A program made the position numbers and the translations under genes. DNA of 64,000 bases from IMG/VR virus record IMGVR_UViG_3300025392_000002; one strand, 5' to 3'. The stretch comes from a virus. Lineage: Duplodnaviria; Caudoviricetes. Under the pieces are notes generated by a model that searched no databases, was not told the origin of the DNA, and was given only the letters and a program-made list of their open reading frames with translations. Of the stretch, positions 55,701-64,000 are shown piece by piece (position 1 is the first letter of the stretch; every line of letters begins with the position of its first letter).

Positions 55701-58700
55701 AATGCAACATTTAACGTATCTCCAAATCAAAATGGAACTTATACTGTAGCTGTTGTTTATCCAGGTAGTGGATATGCTCAAGGAGATACTATAAGAATAT
55801 CTGGAAGTAGTGTAGGTATTCCTACAACTACCGCAGGATTATTTGTTACAGGTTTCCAATATGCTATTACATCATTGGGCACAACAGATTTTACAGCAAT
55901 TGGTGCAAGTGCAAATACAATTGGTGGAAGATTTGTAGCAACAGGTCCTGGATCTGGTACTGGTACTGCTACAAATACCTACAATGATATTACTGTAACT
56001 GTGCTTACAGTATCTTCTGGAGGTATTGCTACTATTAATACAACTAGCACTTCAGTATTTCCATTGGTTACTGGTTCTGGAACTGTTGCTACAGGAACCC
56101 ATATGGTAATATATGCCGGTGACTGTGTTAAAGATATGTTCCGTTTGAGAAACGGTACAGGTCTACGTAACATGACTTTCACTGGATTGTTAGGTTCGTT
56201 AACTACCGCCGATCAATTTTATATACAGCGTCCAACAGCAGGCAGTTATGCTTGCCTAGATCCAGGTACAGGACCAAACGACACTACTGCTTGGATCTTC
56301 CGACGTAGTCCTTATGTACAAAACGTTACAGCATTTGGTAATGGTTGTACTGGATTGAAGATTGATGGAACCTTGCATAACGGTGGAAATAAATCGATCG
56401 TTTGTAATGACTTTACACACATTATTAGTGATGGTATTGGTATTTGGTGTACTGGCCCAAGTGCATTAACAGAAGCTGTTTCAGTATTCTCATACTATGG
56501 ATATACTGGTTACTTTGCAGAAGCTGGTGGAAGAATTCGTGCTACCAACGGTAACACTTCATATGGTACATACGGAGTTATTGCTGAAGGGTATGACTCT
56601 ACCGAAACCCCAGCAACTGGTATTGTTTTTAATCAAAGTGCTCAAGTACAGGCATCGGTACAACAAGCATTTGGTTCTCAAGCACAGTTAGTAAGATTAA
56701 ATTTCTCTAATGCAGGATCTGCATATAATACAACAACTACTAACTTATTAAATTATAGTAATAACTTTTTAGGTGCTAATTGGTTTACAGATACTAACGT
56801 AACATTTAATAAAAATACCATTGCGTTAACTGGACTAACTGAAGCATGGAGTATGACTGGCGGAACCACTGGCCCAGATGGTAGCTATGTTTATCAAAAT
56901 ATCAGTGTGCCAGCACCAGGATTTACATATTCTGGTTTAAGCGGCGTAAACATTTCTGGTAGCGGTGGTACCGGAGCTAATAGTCCAGCAACATTTAATA
57001 TTACTGTTACTGCAACATCATATGTTGTTACCGTTGCTAGCGGTGGCGGCGGTTATGTTTCTGGAAATCAAATATCTATTTCTGGAAGTCAATTAGGCGG
57101 TGTTAATAGTGTTAACGATTGCGTTATCACTGTAGCTAGTACCGCAGGTAGTGCAGTATATACAATCACTAGTTCAGGAACTGTTCCAACTAATAGTGCT
57201 TTAGGTTATACACTGAGTGTATATGTTAAACAAGGCACGTCTGCGATTGTTGACTTGTACGCATTATTTTCCGGATCTTCTAGTCCAGCATTGACTAGTG
57301 GTATCAGTTATAACTTTAATACAGGTGTAGTAACACCTACAAGTTCCAACGGCGGTTTAACTCCTAGTAGATACGGAGCAATTAATCAACAATTATCGTC
57401 CACCGATAATACAGCTGGCTGGGTAAGATTATGGTTCTCAGTATATGATACTTCTGGGTTGAATACAACTTTACAATATAGATTGTATCCAAGAGGTTAT
57501 AGCGGATTCACTGGACAATACACATATATCTATGGATCACAAGTAGAATTATCAAAATCTAATTACACACCAAGTTTCTATTTAGAAGTTGCTAACGTTT
57601 CTAAATTTACTGCTTATGCTAACTTTAACGTTAGCGGTGCGGGTACGGGCGTTGTTACTATTGGCGATGAACTTAGAACTCAAGCAGTATTTCAAGCTCG
57701 TGTTGTAACTGATAGTAATGGTGTTACAGGCGGCTCAGGATACTTAACTGCAAGTAATAATGCACAGGGTGGAACAAATCAATATTTACAACTAGCACAG
57801 TCTGATACAAATACTAACGGAAACTATACAGGTATGCGTGCCTTTGTACAATCTGGTACAGGTGCAGGACAATATGGTTATATTTCATACTATAACGCTT
57901 CAACTAAGACAGCTTGGATTTTAAAAGAATCATTTGCAACTTTACCAGTGACTGCTACAACTGCGTCTAGTAGTTTGTTTTCATTGACTGGCGCTACAAC
58001 TGCAACTTTATATTTGAATCAACCAGTACAGTTTATTCCAACATACTATACAACATCAGTAAGTTCTACTTCTCTTGGAACAACCACAGTTACAACTTCA
58101 ATCGGCGGCACAACAAACACGTTCTCTGTTTCCAGTACTGTTGGTCTGTATTATAATCAAGCAGTTACATTTACTGGATCAACTTTTAGTACTGTAACTT
58201 CGGGCAACACTTACTATATATTTGCAATTATTGATGCAACAACTATTCAAATAACTAATCAACCTTATGGTACTGTTTGGCAGTTGACAAATTCAGTTGG
58301 TACAATGACCATGAATTTTAACTCCAATACTAGCTATTTGTCAGGATCTACAACTAACATGGTTGTTAACTATCCAATACAGTTTACTGGATCAGCACTA
58401 GGTGGATTATCTGTTGGTACAGTATATTATATTAATGATATTATTAGTACTAGTAACTTTACAGTTTCAGCATTATTAATTACATCAACTGTGACTGCAA
58501 CTACAGCTGGAACAGTTAACGGTGCAACAAATTCATACTGGGGCTCTAACTTACCTGTTCTCACTGTAGCTTCTACCGCAGGACTAATAAGTTTAAATCC
58601 AATTGTGTTTACAAGTCCAATGATTGGCGGCCTTGTTGACTCTCAAAAATATTATATTGCTAAAATTGTAGACTCATATACTTTTGCAGTAGCAACAACT

Positions 58701-61610
58701 TTAATTAGTGTAACTGCTACAAAATTTGAAGCAGGAACAAACTTGATTACTGTAACTAGTACCACTGGGTTCCAACAAGATTATCCAATCAAATTTACCG
58801 GCTTGGCAATGAATACTATCAGCCCAGACGTTGTTTATTATATTCAGGCGGTTAACGATACTACAACATTTACAATTACAACGTATCCAGGACAAGCATC
58901 TTTACAATGTACAGCAACTACTAGTGGATTTATGACAGCCAGTACATGTCCGTATGCACAAGCAGTGACCACAGTTGCTAGTGGTGGCACTATGACACTA
59001 ACTACAACATCTGCTAAGACAACAGTATCTGTTGGTGTTGGATCTATGAATGCAACTTTCTCTACATTATTGTTTGGTAATCCTAGCCTAGGACAAACAT
59101 ATTATGTACAGTCAATTCCTAGTACATCTCAATTTGCAGTTTCTCTTGCAAGAGGAACTGTATCGGGAACTAGTACATCGGCAAGTCCAATTGCTCTTCT
59201 TGATAAAACTGGTGCTATGAGTGTTGCCGCAGTTGGTTGGGATCATATAAACCCAGGAACACAAATTTTATCAACACTAGATAGTTCAAGCGTTTATTAT
59301 ATTGAACCAAGAACAATATTTTCTGGGCCAGGATTTAGTCAATCAGTTGCAACTTCTGTAATTTCTCTATCAGTAGGAACAACATATAGTTCAATAGCTT
59401 ATGGAAACAATTATTGGATTGCACTGCCATCATCAAACACCGCGGCTGCTGGATCTAACGATGGGTCGACATGGACCAGTATCACACTTCCAGCAAATTA
59501 TCCTTGGACAGGAATTGCCTACGGTAACGGCTATTGGATTGCAATCAGTTCAGGCGGATTAACTAATTCAGTATTTGCAATTTCTAAATCTAACGGCCAA
59601 GGCTGGAGAACTACAAACGTTTCATCTAATACATGGTCTAACATTGCATATGGTAATGCAGTATTTGTAGTACTTACTAATAACTCAACTTCTGCGTTGT
59701 ATAGTACTAACTATGGAACTAGTTTTAGTTCATCTACTTTACCAACAACAGCCGCATGGTCTGGTGTAACATGGGGTGGAAGTGTTCTTACTAGTGGATA
59801 TCCTGGAAGATTTGTAGCAGTTGCAAATGGATTATTATACACTGTTGCCGCTACAGGCGGTACTGGCAGCAATGCCACTTTCTTAGTAAAAGTACAACCA
59901 ACTGGATATAGTGTAACATTGACTAGCATTGCCGGATCAGGCTATACTGCTAACGATTCTCTTACAATCGCAGGTACTAGTTTAGGCGGAACATCTGCTA
60001 ATAATATTACTATTACGGTAACGGCAGTAAGCGGTTCGCTAACTGGTAACGCAGTTTCAACATTTACTTCATCGGGAACTGCACCATTAAATACATCAAC
60101 TGTTGCCGCATATAGTAATACTGGCCAAACATGGTTTAGTACAACTTTACCATCAAGTGCTACATGGAATTCTGTTGCATTTGGTAACGGACTATTTGTA
60201 GCAGTATCAAACACATCTGCACCGCCTGCATATTCAACAGACGGTACTAACTGGTATAGTGCAAATAACAAATTCTCAGCAGATAAGGTATCATACGGAC
60301 AAGGTGTATTCCTTGCAGTTTCTGCATCTAGCGGATTAGCCTATACTAGCGAGAACGGTGCAGATTGGAAACCACAAACAATTACTAATGACGGATATAG
60401 TGCAATGGCATTTGGGTTCATTGGTGCATCTGGGCCAACACAATACACTGGTGTGTTTGCAACACTGGCCGGAAGAAATACTGGAAGTGTTATCAGTGCA
60501 GGATGCCAAACAAAAGGTCGTCCAAGCATTACATCTAATGTTATCTCAAGCATTGTATTATTTGAACCTGGTTCAAATTATTCTTCACCTCCAACTGTAA
60601 CATTTACAGATCCTAACGTTACTACATTGGCATTAATTAGTTCAAGAACATCTAACGGTGTATTGAGTAGTCCTACTTTTGTATCAAGAGGTTCAGGATA
60701 TAACACAAACTCTACTGCTGTTATTACTTCTGGTAATGGTTACTCCGACCAGTATCAAACAGGATTGACTGTAATTTTAAATAATTTAACAAGATTACCT
60801 AGCCCAGGCGATAACTTAACTATCACAGGTGTAAGTCAGATCTATAAAGTTACCAGTGCATATAGTGTTTATAACACAGTGGTACCTTACTTAGAAGCTA
60901 ACGTGAGTGTTAGCCCATCTATTTCAACTGCTAATGCAACTGCTAACGGTACTACTGTTAGTATTAGAAGTAAGTACAGTCAAGCTCGATTAACCAACCA
61001 TGACTTCTTAAATATTGGTTACGGAGATTTTATATTAAGTAACTATCCAGGTTTCCCAATAGGGGCTTATGTAGCAACTTCTAATAATCAAACTGTTGAG
61101 GTTAACTATGGACGAGTATTCTACACGTCAACTGACCAAGACGGTAACTTTAAAGTTGGTAACTTGTTTGGAGTTCAACAGGCGACAGGTATTGTTACAT
61201 TAAGTGCTAGTCAATTTGGACTATCTGGATTGAATAGTTTGAGTATTGGTGGTATTGCTGTCGGTGGATCAGGAACTGTTATTAGTCAGTTTAGCACTGA
61301 CGGTACATTTACGGCTAACAGCGACAACATTGTTCCTACACAAAAAGCTATTAAGAAATACTTAACTGATAGATTGTCAGCAGGTGGATCAAATACATTT
61401 ACAGGACAATTAACCGCAGGTACAGTTGTTGTGGGCGGTCCAAACTTTATAAGATCAAGTATTCCAAGCGGAACTGGTTCAAGTGTGAAATTTACTGCTA
61501 AGGCAAATATTGCCGGATCTACCGCAGGTGTTGACGGTAACTTGGCAGCATTGGATTTCTTCCACAGACATAGTAATAAACGAAACTGGGGCGGTGGTTT
61601 TACAGGTTAA
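52800..61610 (+). CDS. Giant tail fibre/adhesin (2936 aa)
   Basis: N-terminal CBM5/12-like WxxxxxYxxxDxVxYxG repeats; pectin-lyase-like beta-helix motifs (IKTGSYYETLPITVP..SIIGDELR, RSPYVQNVT); Asp-box-like propeller (YSTDGTNW). Confidence 0.8.
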   Translation: MASEFKIGRLRFTWKGVWTPNTVYARDDVVSYQGKTYACVLPNTSSSTNFYNDLYYVTQTGASTPYWSLIVDGKTFVSSNNGQWQTGQAYSLGNIIIFGGVVYYCSTAHTSTAFASDIANWTEYTEFNAWRSVGWVPNYAYGKNDVVKYGGIVYKCIANHTSAATAALGLEANQSAWTIVDSGIEYKGTWTTSTRYKTNDIVKYGPDIWISNSGHTSSISVGLSTVSITNTTGQFSYSGPALTVGQSITVTGQLSATASGSISLYSGSTAIYYVSATNGSNTFVLSDTYAHALAGTNQLTTVAGTTTGLIFSISGFDQGKWSIWMPGLEYLGAWNAATTYQTGDTTMYGGYTYISKTANNIGNTPSVDSTDWAVETQGFNFRGEWGQTTPYKVGDVIRRHGMLFDAIADNLGQDPNSYSVTKTYSSTGSSGTILKLNSVTGITVGMNIIGAGFTAGQTVIAIDTTAITVTISSVNDTPLVDAQLLYFVGINYIYWKAVIPGRLWTKSWVTATTYTIGDLVVWQNGTYVCVQTHLSGYSTSRPDLDTTNTYWIFYIPHARKNAMNTVGDLEYYSSTTSSYTALPIGTNQYTLKAVSTTGANGVITTSPSWNKINQVGAVYYVSTKTGIDRPDYGTTWDQPWKSIAYACNYIGQGTLYQGAVANLVANKTWMTTEMYYWMVYQKSISANGFTSSSVFDQTKTIRDAGYIIDALVYDMARGGNSQIVAATLAYFAFGSTNTIINSTVLAELPYFIAALNQLASLIQNVLTNTVPALTVGSNNYTGSIYQTLNSIVPVVYQSFGTTDSTSPAYAASLLTIVTTALTNQNTSSVPTPNTGTTASIFIKTGSYYETLPITVPENTSIIGDELRSVTVAPAISLTLQCTAATGSSNLFTVNSTNQFTDQMALQFANPSTPAVIGTNPYYGFGGITPGTTYYVIGSSISSTQFKVTASTGTYYGVSGTNIASSGINATFNVSPNQNGTYTVAVVYPGSGYAQGDTIRISGSSVGIPTTTAGLFVTGFQYAITSLGTTDFTAIGASANTIGGRFVATGPGSGTGTATNTYNDITVTVLTVSSGGIATINTTSTSVFPLVTGSGTVATGTHMVIYAGDCVKDMFRLRNGTGLRNMTFTGLLGSLTTADQFYIQRPTAGSYACLDPGTGPNDTTAWIFRRSPYVQNVTAFGNGCTGLKIDGTLHNGGNKSIVCNDFTHIISDGIGIWCTGPSALTEAVSVFSYYGYTGYFAEAGGRIRATNGNTSYGTYGVIAEGYDSTETPATGIVFNQSAQVQASVQQAFGSQAQLVRLNFSNAGSAYNTTTTNLLNYSNNFLGANWFTDTNVTFNKNTIALTGLTEAWSMTGGTTGPDGSYVYQNISVPAPGFTYSGLSGVNISGSGGTGANSPATFNITVTATSYVVTVASGGGGYVSGNQISISGSQLGGVNSVNDCVITVASTAGSAVYTITSSGTVPTNSALGYTLSVYVKQGTSAIVDLYALFSGSSSPALTSGISYNFNTGVVTPTSSNGGLTPSRYGAINQQLSSTDNTAGWVRLWFSVYDTSGLNTTLQYRLYPRGYSGFTGQYTYIYGSQVELSKSNYTPSFYLEVANVSKFTAYANFNVSGAGTGVVTIGDELRTQAVFQARVVTDSNGVTGGSGYLTASNNAQGGTNQYLQLAQSDTNTNGNYTGMRAFVQSGTGAGQYGYISYYNASTKTAWILKESFATLPVTATTASSSLFSLTGATTATLYLNQPVQFIPTYYTTSVSSTSLGTTTVTTSIGGTTNTFSVSSTVGLYYNQAVTFTGSTFSTVTSGNTYYIFAIIDATTIQITNQPYGTVWQLTNSVGTMTMNFNSNTSYLSGSTTNMVVNYPIQFTGSALGGLSVGTVYYINDIISTSNFTVSALLITSTVTATTAGTVNGATNSYWGSNLPVLTVASTAGLISLNPIVFTSPMIGGLVDSQKYYIAKIVDSYTFAVATTLISVTATKFEAGTNLITVTSTTGFQQDYPIKFTGLAMNTISPDVVYYIQAVNDTTTFTITTYPGQASLQCTATTSGFMTASTCPYAQAVTTVASGGTMTLTTTSAKTTVSVGVGSMNATFSTLLFGNPSLGQTYYVQSIPSTSQFAVSLARGTVSGTSTSASPIALLDKTGAMSVAAVGWDHINPGTQILSTLDSSSVYYIEPRTIFSGPGFSQSVATSVISLSVGTTYSSIAYGNNYWIALPSSNTAAAGSNDGSTWTSITLPANYPWTGIAYGNGYWIAISSGGLTNSVFAISKSNGQGWRTTNVSSNTWSNIAYGNAVFVVLTNNSTSALYSTNYGTSFSSSTLPTTAAWSGVTWGGSVLTSGYPGRFVAVANGLLYTVAATGGTGSNATFLVKVQPTGYSVTLTSIAGSGYTANDSLTIAGTSLGGTSANNITITVTAVSGSLTGNAVSTFTSSGTAPLNTSTVAAYSNTGQTWFSTTLPSSATWNSVAFGNGLFVAVSNTSAPPAYSTDGTNWYSANNKFSADKVSYGQGVFLAVSASSGLAYTSENGADWKPQTITNDGYSAMAFGFIGASGPTQYTGVFATLAGRNTGSVISAGCQTKGRPSITSNVISSIVLFEPGSNYSSPPTVTFTDPNVTTLALISSRTSNGVLSSPTFVSRGSGYNTNSTAVITSGNGYSDQYQTGLTVILNNLTRLPSPGDNLTITGVSQIYKVTSAYSVYNTVVPYLEANVSVSPSISTANATANGTTVSIRSKYSQARLTNHDFLNIGYGDFILSNYPGFPIGAYVATSNNQTVEVNYGRVFYTSTDQDGNFKVGNLFGVQQATGIVTLSASQFGLSGLNSLSIGGIAVGGSGTVISQFSTDGTFTANSDNIVPTQKAIKKYLTDRLSAGGSNTFTGQLTAGTVVVGGPNFIRSSIPSGTGSSVKFTAKANIAGSTAGVDGNLAALDFFHRHSNKRNWGGGFTG

Positions 61611-61630
61611 TCCCCATAAATCAACTTAAG

Positions 61631-61637
61631 ATAAATA
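61631..61637 (+). promoter_or_regulatory. Late promoter (ATAAATA)
   Basis: Upstream of the GAGGA SD and the ATG at 61658. Confidence 0.7.
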
Positions 61638-61657
61638 TATTAGAGGAATAAAATAAA

Positions 61658-64000
61658 ATGGCAGAATTTAAATTAGGTAGAATTAAGTTTGTGTACCAAG
61701 GTGTATGGGCACAAAACTATGCATACGTTGTAGACGACGTAGTAACAGTCGGTGGAAAGACTTACATTTGTGTACAAAGTCATACTTCTACAAATTCAAC
61801 AACTGGATTTGCTACAGACTTAGCCGCTAATCCTACCAACTGGAATATAGTTGCTGATGGATCAAAATGGATTGGTAACTGGAATAACGGTACTTACTAT
61901 AACGTCGGCGACCAAGTTGCATACGGCGGTATTGTATACCAATGTTTAACATCACACACTAGTATTGCATCTAACGCTTCCATAACTGCTACAGGATTTA
62001 CAGTAAGTGCAGGAACTGCCACCTTAACTTACGCATCGCAAGTAGTACAACCATTTTTAGTAGGATCAACTATTACCCTAGCAGGATTTAGTCCTGCACA
62101 AACTACAGGAACAGTTAATAACGTTAATGCTTCTTTTACAGTATTAACTTGTACAACTACTCAAATTACATTTGCCCTAACAGGTACTTATACTGTTTCA
62201 GTATTAGGTACAGTTTCAGGAACAACTCAACTTGGTTTAGAAAATGACCAGACTAAATGGGTTGCATTTGCCAGTAATTTTAACTGGGCACAAGGTTGGA
62301 CTACTAACTATCGTTACAAAGTTCGAGACTTAGTTACAAACGGTGGTTATACTTATGTTTGTAATACTGCACACGTTAGTGCTAACACAATCGCACTTGG
62401 ATTAGAAAATGATTTACCAAAGTGGGATATATTTAATGCTGGTATCATTTATAGAAATGCGTGGAGCGGAAGTAGTGTAACATATCGTGCAAACGATATC
62501 GTAACTTATGGTGCAGATCTTTGGATTTGTACAACAGCACATACTTCGACTGGTTCGACATTAGACATTACAAAATTTAGTTTGTTTGTTAGTGGATTTG
62601 AATTTTCAAATAGCTGGAGTGCTACATCAAATTATGTTATCGGCGACATGGTAACTTATGGTGGTTATACTTATACTGCAATTCAAAACGGTATTAATCA
62701 AATCCCTAGTACTGCTACCGGTTACTGGCAACCATTTACTACTGGATTTAATTTCCGTGGAGATTGGTCTAGTGCAAATAGTTATAAAGTTGGAGATGTT
62801 GCTCGCGTTGGAGGATACACTTATTCTGCCGCGTTAGATAATAGTGTTCAGTCAATACAAGCAATTGCCACCACTGTTTCAAGCGATATTACTCGCCCTA
62901 ATCAAATTACACTAGCAGGTCCTATAACACTTACTGCGGCAAGCGCAAGTACTGGCACTGCTACATTAACATTTGCATCACAAACACAAATCCCGTTTGC
63001 AGTTGGACAGACTATTGTTGTGTCTGGCGTAACACCTTCCGCATTTAATGGAACTTTTGTTGTTACAGGAACACCTAGTACAACTCAAGTACAGTATGCT
63101 TTAACTGGATCATTAACTGGAACAGCATTTGGTACAGTATCGGCAACTACAACGATACTAGCAGTTGGATTACCAATTACATTTGGTAGCGCATTAGGTA
63201 ATTTATTAACTACTCAACAATATTATGTAAACACTATTCCTGACAGTACACATTTTACTGTTACTACTACTCAGAATAGCGGCACTCCATTTGCATTAAT
63301 AAGTGCAACAGGCGTGAGTCTTGGTACTACAAATCCAAAACCTCCTTACACTACCTATTGGAATCAGTTAAACGCTGGATTTAGATGGAATCCAACTAAT
63401 AATACCTATTCAGCAGTTGCACAATCTAGTACAAGTGGTTCTGGTACAACAGCTACTTGGAATATTGTTGCAAAAAATACAGTTTATACTGTAACAAATA
63501 ACGCAACTGGTACTGGTTATAGTAATAACGATACAATTAGAATTTTAGGATCATCTCTAGGCGGCATAAGTCCAGCTAACGATTTAGTTATTACAGTCAC
63601 TGGTACAATCAGTGGTGCAATATCTACATATACATTTACTGGAATCTCATCTAGTTGGAGTACTGGGGTAACTTATGTAGCAGGTGATACTGTACTTTGG
63701 GGTGTAAGTAGCTACACTTGTGTACTGTCACATGTGAGTGCAACAGGCAACAGACCAGATAACGATGCAACTGGAACATATTGGAATTTACTTGCCAGTG
63801 GCGCAGAGTCAAGTGTACTAACTACACAAGGTGACATGTTCTACTATAGTGGTAACGGTCCAACTCGTTTGCCTATCGGTACAGATGGTCAAGTTTTACG
63901 TGTAAACAATACTAGCCCAGCATGGCAATATTATGGACAGATTAATAACATTGTATATGTTAGTCCAGCCGGTGTTGATACTTTGGCAAACGGCCAAGGA
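61658..64000 (+). CDS. Second giant tail fibre paralogue (truncated by window end)
   Basis: Not in the ORF track. MAEFKLGRIKFVYQGVWAQNYAYVVDDVVTVGGKTYICV is paralogous to the 2936-aa N-terminus; the frame appears open to the window end. Confidence 0.85.
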   Translation, partial: MAEFKLGRIKFVYQGVWAQNYAYVVDDVVTVGGKTYICVQSHTSTNSTTGFATDLAANPTNWNIVADGSKWIGNWNNGTYYNVGDQVAYGGIVYQCLTSHTSIASNASITATGFTVSAGTATLTYASQVVQPFLVGSTITLAGFSPAQTTGTVNNVNASFTVLTCTTTQITFALTGTYTVSVLGTVSGTTQLGLENDQTKWVAFASNFNWAQGWTTNYRYKVRDLVTNGGYTYVCNTAHVSANTIALGLENDLPKWDIFNAGIIYRNAWSGSSVTYRANDIVTYGADLWICTTAHTSTGSTLDITKFSLFVSGFEFSNSWSATSNYVIGDMVTYGGYTYTAIQNGINQIPSTATGYWQPFTTGFNFRGDWSSANSYKVGDVARVGGYTYSAALDNSVQSIQAIATTVSSDITRPNQITLAGPITLTAASASTGTATLTFASQTQIPFAVGQTIVVSGVTPSAFNGTFVVTGTPSTTQVQYALTGSLTGTAFGTVSATTTILAVGLPITFGSALGNLLTTQQYYVNTIPDSTHFTVTTTQNSGTPFALISATGVSLGTTNPKPPYTTYWNQLNAGFRWNPTNNTYSAVAQSSTSGSGTTATWNIVAKNTVYTVTNNATGTGYSNNDTIRILGSSLGGISPANDLVITVTGTISGAISTYTFTGISSSWSTGVTYVAGDTVLWGVSSYTCVLSHVSATGNRPDNDATGTYWNLLASGAESSVLTTQGDMFYYSGNGPTRLPIGTDGQVLRVNNTSPAWQYYGQINNIVYVSPAGVDTLANGQG

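Noticed and set aside
1-64000. Stop-codon reassignment, DGR, inteins or split genes
   Set aside because: ORFs tile the window under the standard code; no reverse transcriptase, adenine-variant repeat pair or intein motifs were seen; core genes are intact.

Overview
AT-rich segment of a large T4-related (jumbo-type) myovirus genome, almost entirely virion morphogenesis genes. The minus-strand block (1-28.1 kb) encodes fibre proteins, a 5369-aa giant baseplate/fibre protein and gp6/gp25/gp5/gp53-like baseplate proteins. A divergent sigma70-type promoter drives gp55 (late sigma), gp47 and gp46 (Mre11/Rad50-like). These are followed by small ORFs, a stand-alone GIY-YIG nuclease and a ~470-nt highly structured non-coding region. 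Next come a gp26-like chaperone with a textbook -1 frameshift signal, a tape-measure-like gene, the head module (gp20 portal, gp21, gp22, gp23) and paralogous fibre genes up to 2936 aa; the last gene is truncated at the window edge. TAAATA late promoters recur throughout. I saw no CRISPR array, tRNA or IS element. The best leads are: (1) the GIY-YIG gene plus a pseudoknotted putative large ncRNA, (2) the programmed -1 frameshift, (3) clusters of GCGAAGC-type mini-hairpins, (4) structured late-gene leaders and probable leaderless late mRNAs. All family assignments come from motif recognition by eye; no database search was run.
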